DNA of 64,000 nucleotides from Octopus sinensis (taxonomy: Eukaryota): assembly GCF_006345805.1 (NCBI RefSeq), contig NC_043001.1:27466001-27530000 (forward strand), in the 5' to 3' direction. The notes below the pieces were generated by a model. It was not told where the DNA came from and ran no database searches. It worked only from the letters and a program-made list of their open reading frames with translations. Positions within the stretch are counted from its first letter, which is position 1, and each line of letters starts with the position of its first letter. Both the position numbers and the translations under genes were made by a program. Of this stretch, positions 1 to 12,754 are shown piece after piece.

Positions 1-642
1 AAAAAGTAGAGAGAGAAAATAAAAAAGGTTTAATGGCTAGCGATCAATAATGGCAAATATATATACATATGCACAGACACACACACACACACACACATAT
101 ATATGTACATATATATAATATATATGTGTGTGTGTGTATATATATACTTCCATACACACATACACAAACGCACACAATATAATGTGTATGCACATAACCA
201 TTATTAAATATAGTATCATAATAAACTAACTGGGATTTTTTCAATCTTTGATTATTACTAAAAGTATGCACAAATATATGTACGTATCAATTAATGTAAT
301 TAATATGTTGCTTTTTATTGCAGGTTTTCATTAAATATAAAACTATTTTTGAAGTTAGGGAATTGCTTTGATAACTGTTTGGTCATATTGATTTTCCAAG
401 CTGTGTACTTTTATGAGAACAACACAAAATGTTATATCAATTATTCAGTACATATAATACATCAACAGGGCCCAATATAACTCCAACACCTCTAAATCAA
501 ACTATAGATTTGACTCAGTACTTAAACTAAATGCATGTTTGGGTGTGTATGTGAGTTTGTGTGTGTGTGTGTGTAAATGTCAGTGCATTTATATATATAT
601 ATATATGTGTGTGTTGTGTGTGGTGTGTGTGTGTAAATGTCA

Positions 643-717
<75 letters not shown>

Positions 718-786
718 ATGTATGTATAAATATGTACTTATATATATATATATACATACATAGATATATATGTATGTTTGTATATA

Positions 787-900
787 TGAGGGTGTGCTGA
801 AAAGTTCCTGGCTTTGGGTAAAAGAAAATACAGGAGTGTCAGTTAATTATGATTTTATTCAACATATTCCCCTCTCAAATTTACAGATTTATTGCAGCAG
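787..900 (+). mobile_element. mariner-like terminal fragment
   Basis: TA|TGAGGGTGTGCTGAAAAGTTCCTGGC resembles a mariner TIR start (TA-CGAGGG) within TA repeats. No partner end seen. Confidence 0.45.
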
Positions 901-947
901 TATGTAAATTATATATTTGTATATTTATATATATATGTGTATATATA

Positions 948-992
<45 letters not shown>

Positions 993-1183
993 TATATAAT
1001 ATATATATTGGCCTGCTCGCTTAGCCAGCGGGTGGTGTCATTTGAAGGCTAAAACAATGTGAAGCGCATTGTGACCAGCGATGTGTAGCAACATCTGATA
1101 GCCTGGTCGGTCACGGTGATCACGGTGATGGTGATATATATATATATATATAAGCGAGAAAGAAGCAACAAGAATGGATAGGT

Positions 1184-1274
1184 TTTTAGTACGATCGTTC
1201 ATACCAGGGACAGGTTTTATTAAAAGTTGCAAAGATTACAGCATATAAACGAGTCCCGTACTCATCAGCTAAAA
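1184..1274 (-). ncRNA. Inverted copy of the family 1 hammerhead with a core deletion (GAAA to GAA); predicted inactive
   Basis: Reverse complement reads TTTTAG CTGATGA GTACGGGAC...GTCCCTGGTAT GAA CGATCGTA CTAAAA. Confidence 0.65.
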
Positions 1275-1870
1275 TACATGTAAGTTCTCTAGACATCCTA
1301 GTGTTTGAGGCTATACTCATGAAGTAATGTAGATAATTAAACAGATTTCTAAAGTTCATTAAAGTTCTTTAAAGATGATGTACAGTCTTATCACGATTTT
1401 AAAAAAGTTTGATAGCATCACAGAGAAGGTGACCTAATCCATATGAATTTCCATAGATATGATGAGGGATTATATATCACAGAAGACAAATTTATCCATT
1501 GTTAATTACAAACGAGGTGGGTCTCAATTCCTGCTTATTAGCATTACAGAGAGGGTGAATTAATCCTTAGTATATATGCACAGATTCCAATGGTGTAGAT
1601 GTAAATTTCCAGAGAAATGGAGATGAATTTCATATTCCCAGGCGATAAATTTTACAATGGTTGAACACAATGAGGTAGGTATCAATCCTTGTTATATGAT
1701 TAGGTGTTTGCCATATCTCTGTGATGCTATCAAAACTTTTTTAAAATTCTGTGATAAGACTGTACATCATCTTTAAAGAACTTTAATGAACTTTAGAAAT
1801 CTGTTTAATTATCTACATTACTTCATGAGTATAGCCTCAAACACTAGGATGTCTAGAGAACTTACATGTA

Positions 1871-1961
1871 TTTTAGCTGATGAGTACGGGACTCGTTTAT
1901 ATGCTGTAATCTTTGCAACTTTTAATAAAACCTGTCCTTGTATGAAACGATCGTACTAAAA
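1871..1961 (+). ncRNA. Type I hammerhead ribozyme, intact core (family 1)
   Basis: TTTTAG (1871-76) / CTGATGA (1877-83) / stem II GTACGGGAC...GTCCTTGTAT / GAAA (1944-47) / C-GATC-G palindromic helix III / GTA triplet (1953-55) / CTAAAA (1956-61) closing stem I. Confidence 0.8.
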
Positions 1962-2383
1962 ACCTATCCATTCTTGTTGCTTCTTTCTCGCTTATAATCA
2001 CCCCACATTACTGTATTGTTAAATCAGTATAGTTTTTTTGGTGCATCTAAGTTAGGTACATATTCAAGTAAATTTTTTTAAATTAACTTGAATCTTTATT
2101 GCTCTTATATATATATATATTATATATATATATATAATATATATGTATGTATGTATATATATACTCACACACACACACATATATATGTGTGCATATGTGT
2201 GTATGTCTGTGTCTGTGTCCCTTTTTACTTGCAATTTCTTCTCTCTCCTGTTTCTGAAGAAGAGCTTTGCTTGAAGCATAAAACACCCTTTCTTTCCTTC
2301 CCTGAGCATCTTAATACTTACCATGTATCACATCGTGTCGTTTTTTTTTCCCGTTTTTGTTTATTCCTCTGTTTTTTTAATTA

Positions 2384-2426
<43 letters not shown>

Positions 2427-2522
2427 ATATATATACATACACACACACGTGTGGGAGTCATTTGAAAGACCATAATTCAGGGAAAATATGCACTTGTATA
2501 TGTTTCTGTAGAGTGGGTGTGC

Positions 2523-2724
2523 TATCCGGAAAGTATAGTATTAAATATCCACTAAGTCTGATCTTACCAATCTGTTTTGCGTAAAGAATATAATAGAGTG
2601 TTATGTATCTGCTAACTCTGATGAGCATAAAGTTATATAACCGGATTGTTACCTAACACTCCATTGTATTCTTTATGTGAAACCATCAGCCATGATTTAT
2701 ATTTAATACTATACTTTTCAGATA
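2523..2724 (+). repeat. Nested inverted-repeat element containing a partial hammerhead-like core
   Basis: Inverted pairs 2523-2548/2699-2724 and 2581-2603/2655-2677. CTGATGA at 2618-2624, an 8-bp stem GCATAAAG/CTTTATGT and GAAAC at 2679-2683. Confidence 0.55.
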
Positions 2725-3349
2725 ATACGTGTATACACACACACATACAATGAATATGTATATGTATGCACATATCTGTATATGTAAGTCCATGTATCAA
2801 TAGATACATGTATGCATACATATGTTAATACTTATATTTATGTATATATACTTGTTACAAAGAGTACTTCAAACCATTATTTAAGAATTTCCTTAAGTTC
2901 TAACCTTCAGAAGATATTCAATAAAAAATGATGTTAATATGAACTTATATGCTTTTGAGTGCATTTTATCCCACACACATTTTAAAACATGTTTAGAGAT
3001 GATGTATTAACATCATAGGTTTTATTAGCATCCTGCCTCTTTAACTGGTAATTAATATCTTGATTCAGGGTCTTCCCCTACCCAGCCTCCTTTATAGACA
3101 GTTACTTTATATTTTAATTTATTCACAAATACATGTACATATAGTCATATAAATGCCTGTAAATGCCTATTAACATGCATCTAACATTGTCAAGAAATAA
3201 ATAAGTTAAACTAAGTTTAATGGGTTGACTCTAAGAGCATAATAAAAATATTGAATATGACTTTTTAATAATGGAATGAGTCTGCATATTCAGTAGTAAT
3301 ATGACATTCTTTTGGAGAATTAATATACATCAGTATGACATACCCACCA

Positions 3350-3350
<1 letters not shown>

Positions 3351-3396
<46 letters not shown>

Positions 3397-3417
3397 TGTG
3401 TGTGTGTGTGTGTGTGT
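3351..3417. repeat. (TG)n microsatellite
   Basis: Directly visible. Confidence 0.95.
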
Positions 3418-3897
3418 AAAGGTGGGTTACAGTAATTTTGAAGATTTGCTAGCCTTTGTCAGCAAAGGCTAGCAGGCTGAAATTATGAAGCATCTCTTCT
3501 TATAAAAGTTTAATAGGTATGTTTCCTATACAAAAAAAAGTATTCTTCAAAAAAGTCATTCTTCAATTTAATTTTTAATTGTTTTTTTGAAAATTAAACA
3601 TAAAAATAAACATATATATGTGTGTGTGTGTGTATATATATATAAAAGAAATAATTGAGATTCATTTGAATTAGGTACTTAAGTTGAAGTACCAAGTCAG
3701 TGCGGTATTATCTGGACAACTCAAAGTAAGGTGAATAAAATCAAAATAAGCAACAGGATATCAAGACTTGATGTAGTACGACTGTTTCAAGCAGCTCCAT
3801 TTAACTGAACAATGGAATCATTACATCAATTTAAATGTAGGGCTATCCTCAGTAGCACAAATAAATAAATAGAATTTTAATCAGTTGGACACTTTAA

Positions 3898-4982
3898 CCC
3901 TTTCGTTACTATATTTCTGACCAAAATACACCCCTTATGTGTTTCAATTAATTTCTAACGTAATCATAAATTTAGTCTGGTTTCATTAAACAACAATAAC
4001 TTTTTTATTTATCAATATATTAACATGAATTTTGGAAGATAATTTAATGAAATGTTCTCAACCAATTCTATACTATAATTTTTGTCACAAAGTGACTCTA
4101 ATTGCAGGTAGATACAGGTAAATTCAACAAAATATAAAATTATTAAAATTTTGTTCAAACATCGCTATAGAAAATGGGTTATTAGCTAATATTCAATTGG
4201 GTATACAACAAAATTTTACGATAGAATTTGTTATTCTGGGTAACTTTCTGATACCCATAATAATATTTATGGCAAAATAGGCCTTAATTTCATTTAAGGT
4301 TGTGGGAAACCACAAACTATCGTTTCTTTCGCTTTGTTTACGTTTAGCGTAACGGTTCGTTTCCGCTGTAATGATTTCAAATAGGCTCATTCGAAAAAGT
4401 AAAAAGAAATAATTTAAGGCTTTACTCTTCTGGGAAAGTCTGTGGCTTGGTCCAGTTTCTTCAGAAAAATCACCGAAAGAAACAGTTTTTAAATTTTCAC
4501 TCCATTCAGGTACCAATTCATTTTCTTTATCGCTGTCGGAGATCTCGAATTCACTGTTTTCACTTTCGGAAAATGAAACATCAGATTCATTATCAAATAC
4601 CACATGCTTTTTTTTTTCAGTCATAGAGTTAGATTTATGATCTTCAGTAGAAAATCCTTTGAATTCTGACTCGCTGCTTGATATAATGAAATTCGTATCC
4701 ATTTTTTTGTCAGAATTACAAATTTTGAAAACACAATAGGAACAAATTTCAGAAAAAAATCTCCCATAATTCACGGAATTAAAATTACACTTCGATTTTT
4801 GTACAAAACTGTAGTTGAACTGTTTACGAAGTATAATACGTGTTTTCACGAATGTACTAAAGAGATTTACTCTGATATTCTCATTTAAATATGAATAGGT
4901 AAATTCGGGCGGTTTGGGGCGGCTTGGTCACATTAACCAAAATTTTTTTCAGGCGGTTTCGGGCGGTTTGGTAACGAAAGGG
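3898..4982 (-). mobile_element. piggyBac internal-deletion derivative (1085 bp) with intact ends
   Basis: TTAA at 3894-3897 and 4983-4986; 12-bp TIR CCCTTTCGTTAC; GGCGGTTT subterminal repeats at 4905-4972. Confidence 0.92.
4193..4849 (-). pseudogene. Truncated piggyBac (PGBD-type) transposase N-terminal fragment
   Basis: Acidic Ser-rich N-terminus followed by YFFLLF...IITAETNRYA...W.PTT..EIKAYFAINIIMGIRKLP, typical of piggyBac transposases. It stops before the DDD catalytic core. Confidence 0.85.
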
Positions 4983-5545
4983 TTAATATAATTATACTCA
5001 AACAATCACCCATTGTACCCCATGATAAAATTTCCTCTGTATTAACATCATAGGTTTTATTAGTGTCTTAACTGGTAATTAATATCTTGATTCGGTGTCT
5101 TCACCTACCCAACCTCCTTTATAGACAGTTACTTTATACTACTCTTAAAATCTTGACAATATTTATGACCATACTTAGCTATGAGCTGTCAACTCACTCC
5201 TGTCTTCCATTCTAAACATAAAAAGACAAATAAGTTAAAAATGAACCACAATCCTTAACAAGCTAAGACCCCCAACAAACGTCATGTAGTTCTTAGAAGT
5301 GTAGTGTATTCTTAGCTACCATAACGACAACATGGATTTCTTCTATCTTCTTGCTCTATTAGAGTATTTGAGTATAATTATATTAATGTGTCCAACTGAT
5401 TAAAATACTATCTATTTATTTGTGCAGCTGAGGATAGCCCAACATTTAAATTGATGTAATGATTGCATTGTCCAATTAAATGGAGCTGCTTGAAACGGTT
5501 GTACTGCATCACTTCTTGATATCCTGTTGCTTATTTTGATTATAT

Positions 5546-5583
<38 letters not shown>

Positions 5584-7848
5584 CATGTGTTAATATTTTT
5601 CAAACATTGGCAAGTTCCAAAAATATTCTATATATTTGTACTTTTTGAGCAAGCCAAATTATATTACAAAGCTCTCAGAAATTTTGTTGTAAATCTATCA
5701 TTGTGTTAGAGATCTTTTCAGTTCTTTTTACAGATACTTTTGGCAAACCTTTTACTCATCAGTCAACAGCCATTATTTCAAAACACTTGAGCTATTTGAT
5801 ATCTTCTGGACAAGTAAGTTAAAAATGCATAAGACTTTTACAACTGTTGTCGCGCCATCGAGCTGTACACCTTTGCAGCAATACCCACTCTATCAAATTT
5901 GCTGACAATTTATCTACCACTTAAATCTACTTTCTCTTTTCTTTCTTCCATTACTCTGCTGATTTACACTCAACAGATCCTGTACTCTTTTACTCTTTTA
6001 TTTGTTTCAGTCATTTGACTGCGGCCATGCTGGAGCACTGCCTTTAAACACTTTTCTTGGTCATTTATTCTCCAAAGCAGTTCCTACCTAAAAAAAGTTT
6101 CTTCCTGATCAATGTTTGTCCACTAACCTGTAATAATTCAAGTTGAACATCATTAGCACTAACTTCACTCCGTTTTACCTACAGTATTATTTTAGCTGTG
6201 CTACAGAAGTATTCTCATATCTGCTAAGGCTCTAGGATGACTAAGTAACAAAGAAAAAAATTCCAGACAATTCATTAATATGTTTATGATCCATATTGTT
6301 GAATATTTAATTTAAGAAACAAAAAATTTTTCACCCAGTCAAGTTATCTTAATTCTTTTCATTAAAATATTGATTGAGACCAGGTATAATGTTACTTCAA
6401 TATTATAATGGAAATGAAATAAAATGCAGTGAAAAATATGTAATGAAAAGATTAAAGCATAATAATTTAATTTTAATTAATTCTTAAATAAGCAAAACAA
6501 TTGAAAATAACAATATATTTAAAATAACATGTAAAAACCATAAATTCATATTTATAATTTTTTTTTATTTTTAATCTTTTTTCTTTGAACAATTGTTAAA
6601 AGTAAAAGGAACATTTCCACTTGAAAGCGAAAGGTTTATATATATATCTTTATAACATACAACTAACATGTTAACACATTAACAACTTTCATAAAAATTG
6701 AAGTACAGAAAAATAAAATTAATAAAAAAAAAATGGGAGAAATTTGAGAGAAAATAGTGACAAGGGTCAGGGAAAGTAAAGCAATTTGAAGAAAGAGAAA
6801 TGGAAATTTTGATAAACAAAACAAATAAATAGTATTTTAGAATTTGTTCATATCACATCTACTATAAAGATAGAAGTTACTGAATACAGAATGAGAGGAA
6901 ACAAAAGAAAGATAGTTAAGATGTGAGAGCAGAAGAAAAATGAGAAAAGAGGTAGGGATAAGAAAGAGAGAAAAAAACAACAAATTGTTTATATGGGAGC
7001 TGAAATAAATGAATCCATTGGATAGAAGTTACAGAAGACAGAATTAGTTTTAAAACGTTTTTTTTTTTTTTAACACCCTACATAATAATTTAATAAAATT
7101 CCTTTTCTTCTTTTCCTTCTTCCACAAAACGATATAATGTCAAAGCAAGAAGTTGTTCTGATGCCAGATTGATAAACATTGTCAAAATCACAGTTGTGGT
7201 GCCAAGCCTGTAGCTTTGCCATAGCTGATCCAGTTAATAAGATACAATCAGAAAAATTTTGATGGAAGAAAATCAGTTTTTACAGAGTCCTGAAAGAACA
7301 TAAAAGAATATTGGTTTGTCCATGTTCCTTAGTTATAATCTGTGAATTCTTGAATAACTGATCACCTTTAACTGTTTTTAGCGGTTTTATTCTCTTGCTG
7401 CTCTTATGTGATGAGAACTGGCTGGAATGTGTGTTATTGCTTTCAAGTGTTAACTATGATGGTGGTGGTGGTAGTGATAATGATGAGGATGAAAATAACA
7501 ATGATATTAGTGGCTCTCGTTGCTGAAGTGGTCGTGAGAATAGTATTAGTTATAATTAATCAGAGTCAATCCTGAAATGAAAACAACAGCACACAGTTTA
7601 ACCAAAGTAGAAAAATAATACTGGGTAATAAATTAGGAGGAAGATATTAACAGAAAGAAATATAAATGTAGGGAACACAGAATATTATTTGTACAAAACA
7701 TGCCACTGTACAGGCATCAGCAGAACACACAAGCAAGCGACATAGAATTTGTATGTGAGGACTATTTGTATGCGTGGGAGAGGCTAATATTGAAATTTAT
7801 GAAAGTTGATTAGTAAATTACTTTCTATAATTGCTTAAAAATATTAAT

Positions 7849-8100
7849 AATGAAATTATTGTATACAGTGCTCAGGTGCACCACAACTTGTCAAAAGTGC
7901 ATATAAAGTATATGCAGTAATGTAAAAATGTCTGGAAAGCGATCAGTGTATGAGTCAGATACATGCTTGCGTGTGTATGGAGGGGGAAAAATCAGGTGTA
8001 GTGTTGGTGAATCTCAGGAAGCATGGACGTTTTGAAGGATGCAGTGCTCCGACAACTAACAACTGATGCTGGCAGTCTGTTCCATACTTCAGCAACTCAA
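7849..8100 (-). mobile_element. CR1-type LINE 3' end (second copy)
   Basis: Highly similar to 18391-18625. Confidence 0.85.
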
Positions 8101-10429
8101 GATAGCATGTCACTAAATTGAAGAGAGTTTGTTATATTCAGATTGATGTTACCCTTCAACAATAAATCTGTCATCCAGCATGAAAGATTCCTACATAATT
8201 GCAAATTTTTTTGAAATTCCTGATTAAATTTTAGATGAACCATCCCACAAAAAACACTATTAAAATATATTGTTTATTGAAACTTAATCCTTTAGTTAGG
8301 TCACTATTTATGTTATTGGTTATTTTCAAACTTCAAATCACCAATAGGATATCTTGATAGATATTATTCTTAAGTGAGGCAGATTAACACAAGCTGATAC
8401 TTCATTAGAACATAATATAATTCTTGTAACATTTTCAAACCATTATCAATAGTCTGATTATCAAAAGTTCTAATCATTCAACCAAGTAATAAGTAAGGTC
8501 CAAAGACACTAGTGATGGTCCATGTCAGCAGCTAGTGAGTAGAAACAGACCAAAGTGCAACAGAAATAGTTTAAGATTTGGGACAATATCCTTCTGTGGA
8601 GGATGATATTTTCTGATAATAGATTTTTCTTCTTTCTTACAATAAACCAATTCATTCTATTTTTGAACTGTTTATGATTCCCCAACAGCTGACGTTAATG
8701 AAAATAGTTACTGAAAAATAATTATATGTATTTTTTGGAAGACTGGAAGTTGCAAAATCAAATTAAAATAATTTCTATTTGCTAATTAATTTTTACAGTA
8801 GTCTTATGATATACTAGCCACATAAAATTATATTCAGGAAGAAGTACAACTTAAATATGTATTTTTGTCATAGTCTCCACTCACAATACTTATTTATCCA
8901 ACCAAAATAATTGCCACCAACACAAATTATTACTAGTTTATTCAGAATTAAGATTTTATTTACTATATAAGCAAGTCTAGAACTCTGCATTGCAAACTAA
9001 CAAATTCCTGGCTATTACTGTTGCTAATTACTGCAGCAAGTTGTTGCTATCTCTTGGGTACGAGTTTACAGAGAAATTGTACAGGTTTTGTAACCTGTAC
9101 AATACTGTGCAGGTTACAAAGCATAAACCACCTATCACGAGGCAGGTTGTCTGTTATCCCATGGAATTGGAGATCTGCTTTCTATATAAAAACAATTACT
9201 GCAGCCAAAATCAACCAATCAATAAATTAAAAAAGATGAATAACTAAAATCTTACTATCTATGCTAACATAAACAATTATGAAAAAAAACAACCTTTTTT
9301 AATAGGTAGAATTTAACAAATGTTTATATAAATATTATTATAGAACTAGATAAAGACAGTGAACCTATGACATGCATATCAGCAGAGACATGCAGCAAGT
9401 TTTTAGAGAACCAGTTTCCCTAATAATATATGTTATAAAAAGTTCACTAAATTATACATAGAGTTTTAAAAGTTTAAAATAGCAGTCCTTAAAAAAAATT
9501 CACATTAGATGGGATGTGGGTAGATATCTAATAACACTATACTTAAATTACAACCCATAAATTGAAAAGTTGCAACCCATCGTAGGCTGCTAACACAATA
9601 TAACAAGTGTATGACTTTAGCTCTTCTTTTCCTTCAATTCTTTCATTCTTATTTTCTAAATGAACAATTAATAAAATAAATACTAAAAAAATTAAATTAT
9701 CACAAAAGTGAAGTGGACGAAATTTCCAGATTAGTGGGCAGAACAAATTATGAGCTAGATAAGATTGATAAACTTCTTTGTATATTGTGTGATGAGGCTG
9801 CTGTGAATAGAACTAGGAATGTAAAAAGCACTTTTACAACCAGCGCCAGTTACTCCTAAGAAAAAAAAAACTATTGAAGACCACAAAGCATACATATCCC
9901 AACAGCTAAAGTGGAAACAACAGAATTTATTTAAGTTCCCAACAAGAATTTATCATTTACAAGCTGCAAGTTTTAATATTTCATATATTATTGTTGATAA
10001 TGGAAAATCACTAAGTGATGGTGGCAATTTTTAATGAGGCTTCTGTTAAAAATGCCCCATTTTTATCTAATGGCTTTCATAATAATAAGAACACCATTAT
10101 AAGTATGTGATTTAGAAATGATGTTAAAAACAAATTTATGAAAACAAGTGTTAACATAGAAAATCAAGTTCAAAAATAATTAAATACCTACAGTTATTTT
10201 TTATTTGTCTTGAGACCTGATAAGACCATTGATATCAACTTGACTTGCTAATATTGTACAATATTTTCTCCTATTCATTAAGACTTGATTAAGTAATAGT
10301 TTGCATCATAGTTGTTAATATGTTTCATGAAAAACAAATAGTTTTGTTTACAACTGATATCCCTACTACAGTAAGCTGAAAACTGGTATTGTAGGGCAAT
10401 TTACAAAATTTGTTGGTCATTTCCTTGTT

Positions 10430-11150
10430 TATTTTCAGTGTATTATACCTCTGGAAGCACTGTGTGCAGGAAGTAAGCTTTAAAGATTTTCATAATGTGA
10501 TTGATGAGGTGTGACAAAAATAGCCAATTTGACAGCGACCAGGATTTTACATAAACAACAATATAATTTACCTTTAAATGAAATTGATTCAGTTTAATAA
10601 TGTGCATGATAGTTCAGGCATAGTCAAATACTTAAATGATTTGTTGAATGTTTAAGTGAAATAAGACTATTGTTATTTAAACAAAAACATGGAGCATGAT
10701 TTTCCTAAGTTAAATTATTTTGCTTGACTCAGTAAACTTAGTTTTTTCATGGATTTATTTACTGCATTTGAATGAATTTAAAATTAAACTTCCAAGTTTT
10801 AGGAAATCTGTTGATGTGCTGTTTGGCTTGATTAAGAGTTTTGAGAGTAAACTCAACATATTACACAGTGAATCAGAAAATAAAAGTTTTAAGTGCTTTG
10901 CAAGGGCAAAGAAAGTTTTTGAAGAAACTATTTATAAACATTTCGAACACTATGCAAAACAGTTTAAAGAAGTTCAAAAGGTTGTGACTGTACAGATCTC
11001 TTCAAGATTTGTACAGCTCAGAGAATTAGGAAAAATAAAATATTTATAAAATATTTTGAAGCAGCAGATTTCATGGATCTGAAGTTAGCTCTATTTGACA
11101 TGGACGTTTTCATTCTGTGTACAAACAATTACTCAAAAATATTTTTGTGT
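10430..11150 (+). pseudogene. Degenerate hAT (Buster/Charlie, GTF2IRD2-like) transposase fragment
   Basis: FQCIIPLEALCA (10432-10468) resembles the hAT HCIIHQEALC motif. ORF 10720-11049 (HLNEF..KL...VDVLFGLIKSFESKL) fits the downstream helical region. Frameshifts and stops are present. Confidence 0.65.
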
Positions 11151-11899
11151 ATTAACATAAAATCAACAACTGGGAAATAAAACTTCTAGCAGGCAGAATT
11201 TAACTTATAAATATTTATCAAAAGTTTGCCAACACTAAACAAGTGTATATTTGAAAAACATACACATATATATACACATACATACATACATACATATATA
11301 TATATATACACATACATATATATGTATATAAAGCAAGAGGGGAGGAAGAGATAAAGAGAGAGAGGGGAGAAAGAGAGAGAGAGAGAGAGAGAGTTGCTAC
11401 TATTGTTTTTCTCTCAGAGAGTCAAAATTTCAATTCACAGTTAAGAAGGACAAAACATTCCAATTTTCTATTTCCCTCTTCTCCCAAAATCTCTGATTCA
11501 TTCTTAACAAATTTAAACTTATTTCTCCCAAATGCATTTGCCAAAAATCAAAATATTTACAGAGTTTGAGTTACATACAGACATTTTTGAAACAATGTGT
11601 TATCTGCTAGTGATCTTTATATATATATTACCATGGCATAGAATTGAAACAACATACTTGCATGCTGGCAAATGGGTATGACTATAAACTGCACCTCTTG
11701 GCCAGTATTGTTCTCAGGCCAGCTCTGACTCAGAGTAACAGCACCTGTTGAGATCCCAGCTATATATATTTATGTATAACTGGGATCCCAGCACATGCTA
11801 CATATATACATATATGCAAGTTTAAAATGATTAACAATATAATTAATAATGCAGTTGAGGAAGTATAAATGTGAAGATAGCCTGAAACTTTTCTTTCTT

Positions 11900-11938
<39 letters not shown>

Positions 11939-12754
11939 TGCCAAGTCCAATAAATCCCACAGAAGACTTTGTTTATATACTACATATATCAGGGGCATGT
12001 CAGCTGCATGGAATTGATCACTCACCAAACTATGTCCAGGGCAAGATTTGAACTGGACATTGCATGCTCACAAAACAGTCATTATTTTTCACCTGTAGTT
12101 AACACTCATAGCAATAAATTCTTGTTTTGTGGCACCTATCAAAAGCTTGGAGACCTGGGCCAATTGAATGTTAAGGATCTTGGCTGTAGAAACTGCACAG
12201 TGCTAGTAACAGTATATAAATACCATCACCATATCACTCCATAGTCACACACACAAGCATCTATTTTCTATATTCTAAAATAGATTATAAATATATATGT
12301 ATGCATATATGTTATTAATCCCTTAATTACTAATTTATTTGGACAAAATTTAACCTTCAAATTTTCCACATTAGTGATCTAAAAGTAAAAGTATTACTTT
12401 ATTGAAGACCATTGAGTACAATCACTTAATTTTCTCATACAAGCAGTAACTTTTAGTTTTTCGCTAATAATTTCTTCTGATACAGATCCTGGTATGTTGC
12501 CAAATACAGAGGAATGAAATAAACAAGGGTGGTAGAGATGTGCAATTAATTATTTTTATGAGATATAAATAAAAGATATTTTCGATTCAAGCCCCTCTTC
12601 ATGCCAAATATTATAGATTTGTGATGTTTAATCAGTATTATTAAATGATAGCTTCGATTAGGAGGATATTATCTCTATGAAGAAAAACAGCAATACATAA
12701 TGAGTTTGATTCTATGTAAGTTTAAAATATTTCTTTGTTTCCATTTTCATATAG

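Larger units (their letters stand above)
1149..2106 (+). mobile_element. Fold-back element with about 290-bp inverted arms, hammerhead and about 110-bp unique tail; Penelope-like pseudo-LTR derivative (family 1)
   Basis: 1149-1444 is the near-perfect reverse complement of 1694-1996. The tail 1997-2106 is unpaired. (TA)n lies on both sides, and the same arm end and tail recur at 44773-45037. Confidence 0.75.

Noticed and set aside
3447-3474. Perfect 12-bp hairpin TGCTAGCCTTTG-tcag-CAAAGGCTAGCA as a terminator
   Set aside because: Eukaryotic context with no U-tract; a single isolated hairpin with no supporting function.
7250-7575. Minus-strand acceptor-like sites giving short frames such as DSVKTDFLPSKFF*
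   Set aside because: No recognisable homology and no linked upstream exon; such signals arise by chance in AT-rich DNA.
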